A stretch of DNA of 61,043 nucleotides, the filler included, from an uncultured Methanosarcinales archaeon (lineage in GTDB: Archaea > Nanobdellota > Nanobdellia > Woesearchaeales > CAZPJY01): the NCBI GenBank assembly GCA_964587045.1. It is 4 parts of 4 records of this genome, joined end to end, with 100 filler letters (N's around TTAATTAATTAA, not from the genome) between each part and the next. Parts side by side here need not be neighbours in the genome. Positions count along the whole stretch, not along the records: positions 1 to 21,354 come from CAZPJY010000031.1; 3 more parts are not named here. One strand, written 5' to 3'. The notes under the pieces are model-generated. The model was not told where the DNA came from, made no database searches, and saw only the letters and a program-made list of their open reading frames with translations. The translations under genes were made by a program, and so were the position numbers. This document shows positions 11,301 through 20,427 of the stretch, in pieces; within the stretch, counting starts at the first letter, position 1; each line of letters opens with the position of its first letter.

Positions 11301-11894
11301 GGGATGGACGTCGTTTGGAAATACGACCTGTCGTTTTATGATGCGGCGATGTCCTACAAGAGCCCTTACGACATCAAGATATCCCAGCTCGGCGATTTCC
11401 TGGACACGGAAAGACAGTATGAAGGTCTTGGCTTCACCATGCCAGTCACCAGCATGAATCTGGGAACCACTGTTTCAAGCTACAAGACGCTCCCGTCGAT
11501 GGAGGAGAAGCTGAAAGGGCAGATGGCCCTTGCGGAGAAGATTTCAGCTGTTGACGAGGCGGATGTGGCGAGACTCGTGATCGAGAAGCATTTCCTGAAG
11601 GACACCAAAGGCAACCTGAGGAAGTTTTCCATGCAGCAGTTCAGGTGCGTGAAGTGCAACAGCAAGTACAGGAGGCCTCCGTTGATAGGGAGGTGCCCCA
11701 ACTGCAACGGCAAGATCATATTCACCATATCCGAAGGGTCTGTCGTGAAGTACCTGGAGCCTTCTATCAGCCTAGCTGAGAAGTACAATGTCCACCCCTA
11801 CCTCCAGCAGAGCCTTGAGCTTCTGAAGCGCAGGTATGAGGCTGTCTTTGGCAAGGATAAGGAAAAGCAGGTGGGCCTGGGAAGCTGGTTTTAG
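8358..11894 (+). CDS. polC: DNA polymerase D large subunit DP2
   Basis: GPVRGAGGT, RLRYGRSR, GARMGRPEKA, catalytic RRDCDGDE, C-terminal Zn finger and PIP-like QVGLGSWF. Confidence 0.97.
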   Translation: MAHASPEMEKYFVQLREELDKAYKIATRARKKGMDPEDYVDVRLAENMAERVEGLISDVAPQLVGTGMTNRIYELEEKYGKGAWQIALIIAKEIAQEKYCSFEDKREAMEVGIRAGFSYITNGLVSAPLEGFTELVIKKRGDGKEYLSLKYSGPVRGAGGTGASVSVLIADYVRKEMGYAPYDPTEKEVSRYVTEIKDYHERVTNLQYLPSDDEVRFLASHIPVEISGDPTEKFEVSNYKDLPRVETNRIRGGVCLVMAEGLAQKSPKLWGRLSKWGKDFGLQWDFLEEFLTLQKRMKAKQKGNVKIETAKLTPNHTFIADLVAGRPVLTHPMRKRGFRLRYGRSRISGFSAASIHPATMQLLDGYIATGTQLKVERPGKAAAITPCDSIDGPIVRLKDGGVRILQSEADYKEVKGEVEHIIFLGDILFNYGDFAVNNHKLIPSGYCEEWWVQEIERATVDMFGSLDYEKLSDLVDIPPESLSTLMRSPYRTKISANAAISVSQKLKVPFHPKHTFYWSTIDVSDLKKLFPWVQGMRVHREGEKVTHGTLPLMQEEKRVLELLGVPHMVVLKEHVRLEKDVALALLANLGILDRSSAEEKGRILEEYEGTDTLEAVNKISSVFIRDRAGTFIGARMGRPEKAKMRKLTGSPHVLFPVSEEGGRLRSFQAALEEGKITAEIIQYRCTKCGKTTHYPSCCGRRAEKSGVCQVCGFVGDECPRHGETKSYKQTEIDIRKMFNDALAKLDMHLYPDLIKGVRGTSNKDHIPENIAKGILRAKHEIYVNKDGTTRYDMSELPVTHFKPSEVGTSVEKLNEMGYTKDIHGKDLTDKDQILELKAQDVILPDCQGTLDEMSSDVLSRIAAFVDDLLVRFYDLEPYYNIGSKEDLVGHLVIGLAPHTSAGILGRIVGFSKTQGCFAHPLWHSAMRRDCDGDENCVILLMDALLNFSRQFLPDKRGSRTMDAPLVLTCKLIPSEVDDMVFGMDVVWKYDLSFYDAAMSYKSPYDIKISQLGDFLDTERQYEGLGFTMPVTSMNLGTTVSSYKTLPSMEEKLKGQMALAEKISAVDEADVARLVIEKHFLKDTKGNLRKFSMQQFRCVKCNSKYRRPPLIGRCPNCNGKIIFTISEGSVVKYLEPSISLAEKYNVHPYLQQSLELLKRRYEAVFGKDKEKQVGLGSWF

Positions 11895-12160
11895 AGAATT
11901 CTGAAGTCTGTGAAAGGCTCCTCCTCCCTGTGGCTCTCTTTGACTTCATCGATCCTTGAGAAAATCGGACCTTCCTTGCAGGAATCCACGAAATCTTTCA
12001 GACTATCCCCCTGACCGGCCACCTCTATCCTTCCATCAGCAAGGTTCTTTACCCATCCGCTTATGTTCATGGAATTGGCAAGGTCTCTCACGTACAACCT
12101 GAAACCCACACCTTGGACCCGTCCAGACATGACAAGGTGTGCGGTCCTCATATCCATCAC
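11891..12160 (-). CDS. acyP: Acylphosphatase
   Basis: GRVQGVGFR, GWVKNL.DG. Confidence 0.93.
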   Translation of the reverse strand: MMDMRTAHLVMSGRVQGVGFRLYVRDLANSMNISGWVKNLADGRIEVAGQGDSLKDFVDSCKEGPIFSRIDEVKESHREEEPFTDFRIL

Positions 12161-12453
12161 CTAAGAATCTGGGCGTGGGGGATGCCTGCGACTTTCAGGA
12201 CATTCTCTTCTCTTAGAAATCCGAGGCGTTTGAGCAGTTCGATGGACCTGCGTCCATTGGCATTAACTAAGTAAGCTCCCCTGGCCAGGATTCCTGCCTG
12301 CTCGTCGTCCATATCCCTTCCCTTGAAGAAAGGTGATGACAGGTCGAGGACGATTTCACCTTGCTCATAAACCTTTCCAATTACATCCTTATCGGTCAAT
12401 GTCACAACAAGTCTTCCGTCTGGGCTCCTATGTGTGTTGACTATCATTTTCAA
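12157..12453 (-). CDS. DUF424 family protein
   Basis: D.DVIGK..E.G...LD....FF.G, N..G, V.GIPHAQ; conserved neighbour of aIF-2beta. Confidence 0.8.
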   Translation of the reverse strand: MKMIVNTHRSPDGRLVVTLTDKDVIGKVYEQGEIVLDLSSPFFKGRDMDDEQAGILARGAYLVNANGRRSIELLKRLGFLREENVLKVAGIPHAQILR

Positions 12454-12857
12454 ATCTTAGAATTCACGCTGTGCCTTGCGCCGCATGCCGAGCATCTCAT
12501 GATCGTGATGGAACCATCCCGGATCAGCTTGGTGTCTGGCTTTCCACATTCTGGGCACGTCACGAAGAGGTCTGCATACTGCTGTATCTTCTCGTTGATT
12601 TTCGATGCGGGTATCTTTGCTCCGAGCAGAAGGCCTTTCGAGTGCAGCTCGCCGGGTGTGGCAAGCTCCTTGAGGACGAACTTGAGCAAGTGCTTTTCAG
12701 GCCTGTTCAAGGTCTGAGCTATCTGCTTGAAGTTGCTCCAGACAGTGCGTGCCCCCTGGATGTGGCCTCTGGCTTTCGGAACTTCGAAGCGCGATTTCCT
12801 CTCGGTGCCTTCCGGGAGTTTTTCCCTTCCGCGTTCGAGCATTGCTTCATAATCCAT
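12450..12857 (-). CDS. eif2b: Translation initiation factor aIF-2 beta
   Basis: MDYE.ML.R, RFEVP, L.KELATPG, CPECGKPDT..CSACGA zinc ribbon. Confidence 0.94.
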   Translation of the reverse strand: MDYEAMLERGREKLPEGTERKSRFEVPKARGHIQGARTVWSNFKQIAQTLNRPEKHLLKFVLKELATPGELHSKGLLLGAKIPASKINEKIQQYADLFVTCPECGKPDTKLIRDGSITIMRCSACGARHSVNSKI

Positions 12858-12878
12858 GCTTCAGGGGAATCTCGGGCT

Positions 12879-13538
12879 CTATATAAAGTTATTCCCTTGA
12901 GAAACTCGGTAAAGCACATCGTAGGCAGACATCAAGGAGTCTTCTTTGAATATGAAGATGATCTCAGGTATGCAGGTGAGGATTTCGAGTATGTTGATGT
13001 TGTTGAGGGTCAGCTCGGCTGTCAGGAAGGCCAAGACTCCAGGTGTTCCCCAAGCGGAAGGCTTCAGGTCCATCACGACCTCACCCATACCATGCTGAAC
13101 GGATTTGACATGCTTCTTTTCGAAGAGGGTAATCGCTTTTTGCAGGTTTTCCTCATCGAGAACGATTTTGATGGCATTGTTGGTGTGTACTATTCTGAGT
13201 GTGCCACGCTCGGTGAACCCCACTTTGTCAAATATCTTCGGTAGCACGCATACGACGTCGGCTGTGTGCTCGATGGTGATGCTTGCCAGATGGTTCTTTG
13301 AAGACAGCCTGGCGCCCTTGACAACCTTGTAGGCCTTTTCCCTCGTGGCTTGGTATGGGAGCTCTTCTTCGTACCTCCTGACTGCGGAGATTATCGCGTC
13401 CAGAGAACCTGAAAGCCCCAGCTCCCCCTGAAGATGCTTGGCCAGAGCCCTCATATTGATTATGCCTCGCGCAAGCTCAAGCCGGATGCTGGGGGAATGG
13501 TCGATGAGCTTCCACACTCTAGATTGTATTTGTGTCAT
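12879..13538 (-). CDS. ACT-domain-containing hypothetical protein (putative regulator)
   Basis: N-terminal GIIN.RALA...A...AVRRY; C-terminal TPGVLA.L..EL...NINI.E ACT-like domain. Confidence 0.7.
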   Translation of the reverse strand: MTQIQSRVWKLIDHSPSIRLELARGIINMRALAKHLQGELGLSGSLDAIISAVRRYEEELPYQATREKAYKVVKGARLSSKNHLASITIEHTADVVCVLPKIFDKVGFTERGTLRIVHTNNAIKIVLDEENLQKAITLFEKKHVKSVQHGMGEVVMDLKPSAWGTPGVLAFLTAELTLNNINILEILTCIPEIIFIFKEDSLMSAYDVLYRVSQGNNFI

Positions 13539-13726
13539 ACAATATGCAAATCTGTCAGGTTATATAAATTTTATCAATAAGGGTCACCACTGTTTTATAC
13601 AACCTTCGCCTTTATCGACAATATGAAACTGCTGGAGCCACAGGTCAACATCTTCATCCAGCTGATCGTCTAAACCAGGGCTTTCCTGCCTTCTGGAAAG
13701 CCCCATAAAATGGAGGAGGCAGAAGA

Positions 13727-13891
13727 ATGAACGAAGAACGTTACGTGCTTAGATACAACGGGCACACATACTCGCCGGTTGAGAACGGCCGGGCCCACTA
13801 CGAGCCGGCCTTGGCCAACATGCGCTGGGATGAGCAGAAGCGAAAAGAGCAGCAACAGAGATTGGCAAGCGATCTTGAGAGGAGGCTCTAA
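13727..13891 (+). CDS. Small hypothetical protein (54 aa, not in ORF track)
   Basis: GGAGGAGG SD upstream; MNEERYVLRYNGHTYSPVENGRAHYEPALANMRWDEQKRKEQQQRLASDLERRL. Confidence 0.55.
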   Translation: MNEERYVLRYNGHTYSPVENGRAHYEPALANMRWDEQKRKEQQQRLASDLERRL

Positions 13892-13945
13892 GAGAAGCCG
13901 AGCCCGTAGAAAATATTATATACCGTCATGCCCAATCTTTCGGGC

Positions 13946-14794
13946 ATGGTCCTTGAATCCCTGTTCAACCCGTTCAAGGCAGAAAAGAAGCCTTGGGAGA
14001 TATTTCTCATAGGTGTAGTCTATTCTTCTATCGCGCTCCTGCTCGCACGTAGCATCTTCGAGATGGAGGCAAGCCTCGTGATGGTTTTCCTCACGACCCT
14101 TGCGGGAGCCCCGCTGATATACTCGACAATTAAATACGAGGAGAAGAAGGACATCACGATTGACGGAGAAGGCAGGATACTCAAGGAGCACGCCAAGGCT
14201 TTGAAGATGTTTACCATGCTGTTCCTCGGGATGACCTTGTCCTTTGCCACGTGGTACGTGTTTCTTCCTGGCGGGGACCTCGCGACCACCTTCAATTTCC
14301 AGACCAAGGCCATAATGGATATCAATACGGCCATGACAGGCAACGCCGCCGGGATCGGTACCCTCTCCAGGATATTCTTCAACAATTTCTGGGTGATGAT
14401 ATACTGCATACTGTTCTCGTTCCTGTACGGCATAGGCGCCCTGTTCATCATGACATGGAACGCCTCTGTCATAGGCGTGGCCATGGGAAACTTCATCCGA
14501 ACAGGCATCTCTGCTGCGACTGAGCTGATCGGGATGGATAAGGTATCAGCCCACTTCTCGGTCGTGTCAGTTGGGCTGTTTAGGTACGCGATCCACGGCA
14601 TACCTGAAGTCGTCGCTTACTTTGTGGCGGGGCTTGCGGGCGGAATAATCTCTGTTGCGGTGATAAGGCACGACCTCTCGACCTCAAGGTACAAGAAGAT
14701 CCTCCTCGATGCGGTCGACCTGCTATTGATATCTGTCGGGCTGCTTGCGGTGGCCGCGATATTAGAAGTCTATGTCACTCCTGCAATATTCTAA
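13946..14794 (+). CDS. SpoIIM/DUF95 family membrane protein
   Basis: IFFNN..V, WNASVIG, HGIPE..AYF.AG.AGG, AA.LEVYVTP. Confidence 0.85.
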   Translation: MVLESLFNPFKAEKKPWEIFLIGVVYSSIALLLARSIFEMEASLVMVFLTTLAGAPLIYSTIKYEEKKDITIDGEGRILKEHAKALKMFTMLFLGMTLSFATWYVFLPGGDLATTFNFQTKAIMDINTAMTGNAAGIGTLSRIFFNNFWVMIYCILFSFLYGIGALFIMTWNASVIGVAMGNFIRTGISAATELIGMDKVSAHFSVVSVGLFRYAIHGIPEVVAYFVAGLAGGIISVAVIRHDLSTSRYKKILLDAVDLLLISVGLLAVAAILEVYVTPAIF

Positions 14795-15357
14795 AGAAGC
14801 TTGATCCGACCGGGCTTAACCTCGAAGACCTCGCCCTGCTCGAGGAGGAAATGTATCCTGTCTTCTGCGTCGCTGATCCCCGAACGGTCGATCACGGCCT
14901 GGACGTCCACGCCATCCCCCTTGTCCAGCTTCTTTATCAGTTCGATTAGGGAAAGCGGCTTGCTGGGCTGGGCAAGGCTTGATAGTTCCCTCTTCCTAAA
15001 GGAAAGCCAGCCGGTGTGGGTCACCTTCCGGATGATTTCAGGCAGCAGGTACTTTTCGTTGTTCCATTCCCTGGGCTTGCCTATCACCAGGACCGGATCG
15101 CCTATGGAGAGCTGCGGGAACCAGGGAGAGGTCTCATCGAATGTCCGGATGATGATCTTTCCGCTCCCGTCATCTACAACCATTTCCCTCTTGCTGTCGT
15201 TTTCCACCACCACGCCCATCAGGTTGACCCTCGATACCATATCTCCCCGCGGTGTAGTCAGGAAATTTGGCTTGAGCCCCTCTTGTTTGGTGTATGTCGA
15301 ATTGATCAGGTCCCGGACGTACATGATCCGCGCAGTCTGCCTCTTGAAATCTGCCAT
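14791..15357 (-). CDS. RPA32-like OB-fold ssDNA-binding protein with C-terminal wH domain
   Basis: SRVNLMGVVV, VDDGSG.I, C-terminal GEVFEVKPG. Confidence 0.8.
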   Translation of the reverse strand: MADFKRQTARIMYVRDLINSTYTKQEGLKPNFLTTPRGDMVSRVNLMGVVVENDSKREMVVDDGSGKIIIRTFDETSPWFPQLSIGDPVLVIGKPREWNNEKYLLPEIIRKVTHTGWLSFRKRELSSLAQPSKPLSLIELIKKLDKGDGVDVQAVIDRSGISDAEDRIHFLLEQGEVFEVKPGRIKLL

Positions 15358-15359
15358 TT

Positions 15360-18300
15360 TCAGATCCTCTGAATCGAGCCTCTCTTGGGCTCGAAGATAT
15401 CACCTGAACGCTTCAGCTTCTCAAGGACCTCTTCGACATCAGCAGGGTCCACCCCCTTCTCCTGTGCAGCGGCCTCTATGTCTTCGATAGCGATAATCTT
15501 GCCCACCTTAGATTCGAGGGAGGATATGACCTCTTTGATGACACTGATCTTGTTCCTCTGCGTAGCGCTTATGCCTGACGCGATTCTGTCGATGTCGATC
15601 TTTCCTGTCTCACGGTCCAGTCCCACCTGTTCGAGACAGTGGTTGAGGATGTCGATTGCCCGCTGCGCATCGGATGGTGAGACCTCTTTTGACAGTCGCG
15701 TCCTGGCTGAAGCCTCAGCCATCCTTATGAGAGCCTCCAATTGCCTGGGTGAGATCGGGATGGACTGCACTCCGCTCCCTTCATCCACCATGCCTGCGGA
15801 CCTCATGCTGACGTAGAAGTCCTGGATGGTCTTCATGGCGTCTTTGGTCAGCTTCGGCTTGATGTTCTGCCTCGCATACGCGATGAACTTCCTCAGGATC
15901 TCGGTTGATATTGGGACCTCGCCGGCTATCTGCGATTCGTGCAGGCTGAGTATGAACCCGGCCATCTCGGTGTCCCTGTCCCTGTCAGGCAGGTCCCTTA
16001 TGGGGAATATCAGATCGAAACGGTTGATGAGGGTGGGCGGCAGGTCGATCTGGTTTGCGATCATGTCGTAGGGGTTGAACCGACCGAACTTTGGGTTGGC
16101 TGCAGCAAGCACCGTGGTCTCCGCGCGCAGGGTCGCTTGGATGTTGGCTTTGGAGATCGATACGGTCTGCTGCTCGAGAGCTTCGTGCATCGCAGACCTA
16201 TCCTCTGGCGTCATCTTATCCATTTCGTCTATCATGCAAAAGCCCTTATTGGCAAGCACCAAAGCACCTGCCTCCAAGCTCCAGCCGCGCAGGAACTCGT
16301 CCTTAACTACGGTCGCCGTGAGTCCGGCTCCGCTCACACCCTTGCCAGAGACGTACCTGGATTTCGGAGCGACCTTGATGCTCCGCTTGAGCAATTGAGA
16401 GTTATGGACAACGACCCCATTGGCGATGAAATTATGGACTTGCGCCACTTCCAAGTCATAGACGAACGGCTCTTCGTTATCGGACTCTTCAATGCTTAGG
16501 ATTTCATCCCAGAATATATCCGACTCGGATATCATGTCCAGAAGGCTTGCTTCTTTTGAGCAGCACTCGGTCGTCTTTAGGTGTTTGGATATTTTCTTCA
16601 GGGTCGAAATGCTCGGGAGCCTGTTGCCCTGCTCGTAATGGGCGAAGGTCGGTCTGGGGATGCCCATATCCTTTTGCCCAAGGCCATTACCGATCCTGAC
16701 CTTCTTAAGGAGCTTGTTAACACCTGGCACGAGGTCGATATTGGTGTTGTATGCCTTGCCAGAGAAGAGCCGGGCCAGCCTTGTTTCCTTGTCTTTTGAT
16801 ATGAAACCTATTTGCTCGTGGTATTCTTTAGCAAATTCTCCCGATATGATGACATCATAAGCAAGCTCCCCCCTACTCTCACGCGTGTTTGTGGCAGACT
16901 TGCTCTTTTCTCTTAGCAAAGCCACAATCCCATACCTCAACAATGAATATTGAATGCTCTCTGCAAGATTCTTGCTAGTTGTGCGGTATTCTATCTGCCT
17001 TTTCTTTATGTTGATATGAGCATCGCATTCGAAAAGCGCTTTGATGAACTCCGCAAGTATATCGTCAGGAGACCGTAATACATGTATAGGCACATCCTTT
17101 CCGGATGGTCCGCCCGTTAATTCGCCAAAATGCGCGGAGAAATATTCAACAACAGACTTTTCGTTGAGATACGCCTCTTTGGCAGCCTTCCCGCCATGCT
17201 CTTTCCTGACGGTCAAATCTGCACCGAAGAGCAGCTTCACTAGTTGAGAAAAATCTCTGGCGACCTCCTGGTTGTTGTTTGCGAGACTGTTCCAGCCGCT
17301 TGTCTGAGAGTAAGCCAGACATCCGTCACCGCACAGGTATCCCAAAAGTCTGGAGAGCTCCTTTGTCACGACTTCAGGGAACCTATACCTCTTGGAATTG
17401 TGCGAGCGGACTCTTCCCTCGGATCTTGGCAGTATCTGAACTGGGTTGTCAATCCTGATTCTCCTCGGGCCCGCTATCCTGTCCCCGACCTTCAGATCGC
17501 AGGAATCCTTTGCAACGATGAATCCAGAATCGCTGATAAAGAAAGGATGGTTCTTTGTGGCTTTGAGGACCTTACCGGTCCTCGTTCTTATTATCAGAAG
17601 ATTGCCTTGATGTTTCCTTCTCCAGACCCGTATGGCATTGCCGCAGGAAAACTTACCGTCAAGGCCAAGAGTCGGGAGGTTGATGGATGCCTTCCTGTTG
17701 TCCCCGTTAGAGAACCCTCCAGCTATATCTCTTAACGGCAGAATACTCCCGTCACCGAGCATGACCCTCATGTCCCCTGAAAGACATTTCCCGGCGCCCG
17801 GATCCCCTATGAGCAGCACATGCATATCGCCCCTGGTCGTGACGCCGTCGTCCCTGACCTTGCGGACCCCCCCGAAGAACTGCAGGACTAGCGCCTGCTT
17901 GACCATGGCGTGTCCGTATATTCCCGGAGCTATCGATGCCACCAGCTTCTCCATGACCTTTGGGTCCTTGGCAAGCTCCTTGATCTTGTCTTCTTCCTCT
18001 TTTTTGATTATGATTTCCGAGAAGTCCTCCTCGACAGGCTCGGACCAGTTGGAGTCGATGACGAGGTCGAACCTGATGCTCTGTGCGCCGTCCCTCAGGG
18101 TGATTGGCACCTCCTTGACGACGCCAGTCACCATGACCTTGGTGCCCGGGTTATTGCGCTTTTCGGTGAACGGGCTGACCAGGTCCTTTTCGAGGAAGAC
18201 GTTCATGCGCTTGGGCTGCTCACCTCCTTCGAGGTCTTCAGGCGCCTCCTCAAGCGTCAGTCTCTGCGCGTCGACCAGCTCTTTTGACAGCAGTCTGAAC

Positions 18301-18770
18301 TTTCCCTTACGGCCGCATCCGCAGCGGGTCGGCTCCTTGAACTTTTGGTCAAGCTGTAGGACGGTGATGATGTTTCCGCATGTCGGGCATTCGAACCGCG
18401 CCGATGTGACCTGCGGCCGCACCTCTGATTTCTGCCGGATCACCCCTTTGAATGAGAGGAGCTTTCCTATGTGTTCACTTCTGATGTCAGAAATCATCAC
18501 CTCCTGCGTTGCAGGCAGGTTCCTGAACCTGACAGAGAACCCTTTCGTGTCCTGGGGGAGCTGGAACTGCTCCACGGCAATCTGCGCCACGTGGTAGAAC
18601 TCTGTGGGATTGTCTAGCAGGCCTTCAGCCAGCTCGCTGTCAAACCTGGATAGGACCGCAAAATCGATGACTAAGAACTTCTCCCCCTTCCTGGCTGCCT
18701 GAAGGAGCGCTGACTTGTACTTCTTCTCGATAAATTCTCCGAATCTCTTAATCTGCTCCTGGGCTTCCAT
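15360..18770 (-). CDS. mcm: MCM replicative helicase, intein-containing
   Basis: Zn finger, Walker A GDPGAGK/SQLL, IDEMDKM, AAANP, NRFDL, SPRQLE. The extein is 674 aa. Confidence 0.97.
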   Translation of the reverse strand: MEAQEQIKRFGEFIEKKYKSALLQAARKGEKFLVIDFAVLSRFDSELAEGLLDNPTEFYHVAQIAVEQFQLPQDTKGFSVRFRNLPATQEVMISDIRSEHIGKLLSFKGVIRQKSEVRPQVTSARFECPTCGNIITVLQLDQKFKEPTRCGCGRKGKFRLLSKELVDAQRLTLEEAPEDLEGGEQPKRMNVFLEKDLVSPFTEKRNNPGTKVMVTGVVKEVPITLRDGAQSIRFDLVIDSNWSEPVEEDFSEIIIKKEEEDKIKELAKDPKVMEKLVASIAPGIYGHAMVKQALVLQFFGGVRKVRDDGVTTRGDMHVLLIGDPGAGKCLSGDMRVMLGDGSILPLRDIAGGFSNGDNRKASINLPTLGLDGKFSCGNAIRVWRRKHQGNLLIIRTRTGKVLKATKNHPFFISDSGFIVAKDSCDLKVGDRIAGPRRIRIDNPVQILPRSEGRVRSHNSKRYRFPEVVTKELSRLLGYLCGDGCLAYSQTSGWNSLANNNQEVARDFSQLVKLLFGADLTVRKEHGGKAAKEAYLNEKSVVEYFSAHFGELTGGPSGKDVPIHVLRSPDDILAEFIKALFECDAHINIKKRQIEYRTTSKNLAESIQYSLLRYGIVALLREKSKSATNTRESRGELAYDVIISGEFAKEYHEQIGFISKDKETRLARLFSGKAYNTNIDLVPGVNKLLKKVRIGNGLGQKDMGIPRPTFAHYEQGNRLPSISTLKKISKHLKTTECCSKEASLLDMISESDIFWDEILSIEESDNEEPFVYDLEVAQVHNFIANGVVVHNSQLLKRSIKVAPKSRYVSGKGVSGAGLTATVVKDEFLRGWSLEAGALVLANKGFCMIDEMDKMTPEDRSAMHEALEQQTVSISKANIQATLRAETTVLAAANPKFGRFNPYDMIANQIDLPPTLINRFDLIFPIRDLPDRDRDTEMAGFILSLHESQIAGEVPISTEILRKFIAYARQNIKPKLTKDAMKTIQDFYVSMRSAGMVDEGSGVQSIPISPRQLEALIRMAEASARTRLSKEVSPSDAQRAIDILNHCLEQVGLDRETGKIDIDRIASGISATQRNKISVIKEVISSLESKVGKIIAIEDIEAAAQEKGVDPADVEEVLEKLKRSGDIFEPKRGSIQRI
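16401..17786 (-). mobile_element. Intein (462 aa) with LAGLIDADG homing endonuclease and an XRE-type HTH
   Basis: Begins CLSGD after Walker A Lys; block B TKNHPF; LLGYLCGDG and FIKALFECDA; ends YDLEV..HNFIANGVVVHN followed by Ser. Confidence 0.95.
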
Positions 18771-18789
18771 GCCTACTTCCTCTAAAAAG

Positions 18790-19335
18790 TCACTTCATGA
18801 CCTTCTTGAGATTGGCGATCAGCATGTCAAGGGCCCTATGAACCTCTTCCTCACTCTTGGTGCCTGTGCAGACGACCTTGCCGTTCGAGAACAGGAGGAA
18901 CGTCGCCTTGGCTTCCAACAGCTTGTAGACCAGGCCGGGAAACTGTTCGGGCTCGTACTCAGTATTCTCGAGCTTCATAGCGAGGGTATTGAGGTTGAGG
19001 TCCATTCCGACCTGACCGCTCGCCACAATGTTCTGAATCTTGATTTCAGGTTCGATGGTTATCTTGATACCGATCTTCTCAAGGCTCTTGATGATGCGCT
19101 TAATCGACTCGTGCACCTTGTCCATCGACCTTGCTCCTGTGCAGACGACCTTGCCAGAACTGAATATCAGTGCGGATGTCTTGGGTTCCCTGATCCTTAT
19201 CACGAGGCCCGGGAACTGCTCAGGGTTGTACTCTGTGTTGGACAGAGTTGCGGCCATCTTCTCGAGCGGAATGTCGTGCTCAAGAGACGTACTCACGACT
19301 ATGTTCACAACTTCTATACTCTTCTTTCCGTTCAT
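18790..19335 (-). CDS. tbp: TATA-box binding protein
   Basis: Two repeats of Y.PEQFPGLV...F..GKVVCTG. Confidence 0.97.
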   Translation of the reverse strand: MNGKKSIEVVNIVVSTSLEHDIPLEKMAATLSNTEYNPEQFPGLVIRIREPKTSALIFSSGKVVCTGARSMDKVHESIKRIIKSLEKIGIKITIEPEIKIQNIVASGQVGMDLNLNTLAMKLENTEYEPEQFPGLVYKLLEAKATFLLFSNGKVVCTGTKSEEEVHRALDMLIANLKKVMK

Positions 19336-19621
19336 ACAAACACACCCCCTCGAGGCGTTCTGCCCCGTTTAAAAGATTTATATACGATTTATAAAGGTGA
19401 AAATGCTCACTTATTTATAAATGCTTCGAAATTTCTACCGGCAATTTACCGGGTCAAAAGGAACCTTGATTTCCTTTGGAGACCGAGGTTCCAGCAATCT
19501 GTCCTCGAGAAAAAACAAAGAAAAAGATGAAATAGAACCATATTATACCCGATGACTTCCTATGGAGAACTGTCCTTTTTCAAGAATAAATATTAATACT
19601 CGTTAACAATTGTTAACAATA

Positions 19622-20002
19622 ATGGTCACGACACCGCAGGAGATTGAGGTCTGGTACGTGCTGCCATCGCTGCGACGCGCCCTGGCAGTCGAACTGAAGA
19701 GACTGGGCCTGACACAGAAGAGCATAGCAAAAGCCCTTGGCATAACAGAAGCGGCAGTCTCGCAGTACATCAAGGGCAAGCGCGCTGGATTCATGGATGT
19801 CACGAGCTTCATCGGTGACCGCATCAGGAAATCGGCCGCTCTCATCAACGAGGCGTTGGCTGAGGAAAAGAATGTTGACGTCGTAGTGATGCGCGAGCTG
19901 CAGAAGCTGTGTGACGTCGTCAAACGCCGTAATCTCATGTGTGGTGTGCATCGGGCCCACGGCGGTCCTGAGGGGGACTGCGATATCTGCCTAAAATCGT
20001 AA
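19622..20002 (+). CDS. Archaeal HTH transcriptional regulator with C-terminal Cys/His cluster
   Basis: PQEIEVWYVLP..RR.LA, TQKSIAKALGITEAAVSQY, C..H....CDIC. Confidence 0.85.
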   Translation: MVTTPQEIEVWYVLPSLRRALAVELKRLGLTQKSIAKALGITEAAVSQYIKGKRAGFMDVTSFIGDRIRKSAALINEALAEEKNVDVVVMRELQKLCDVVKRRNLMCGVHRAHGGPEGDCDICLKS

Positions 20003-20034
20003 AACATATAAGAGAGGGACAACTCTTTTTGAAA

Positions 20035-20427
20035 ATGGCAGAGATACACGGAGTGAGGGCGGTGATCTACGACATCGCAGACAAGCCATACTTTCTCATC
20101 GCCCACGACACAGAGCTGAACAGCTGGCGCTTCATTGAGGGCGAACGCGATCCGGGAGAGGACACTCAGGCCGCGGTTGAGCGCGAGGTCAAGGCAAGGA
20201 CCAACCTGAAGTCGACAGAGCAGACCCCCCTGAAGGTGGCGGTGCCTGTCAACGGCTCGAACCAGGAGGTGTTCCTGGTCCGGTGCAACATGAACAGCCA
20301 CATCGTCATGGACAAGAGGTATGACACCTACTTATGGTGCTCCCAGGACTCTGTCGAAAAGAAGATACCTAATGGCGCCAACCGCGAGCTCTTCGAGCGC
20401 GCCCTCTCAATACTGAAGCGGCAGTAG
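20035..20427 (+). CDS. Nudix-fold protein (degenerate Nudix box)
   Basis: W.F..G..DPGE....AVEREV. Confidence 0.7.
   Translation: MAEIHGVRAVIYDIADKPYFLIAHDTELNSWRFIEGERDPGEDTQAAVEREVKARTNLKSTEQTPLKVAVPVNGSNQEVFLVRCNMNSHIVMDKRYDTYLWCSQDSVEKKIPNGANRELFERALSILKRQ

Noticed and set aside
5675..11894. Inteins in Cdc6 or DP2
   Set aside because: Lengths are normal and conserved motifs are uninterrupted.
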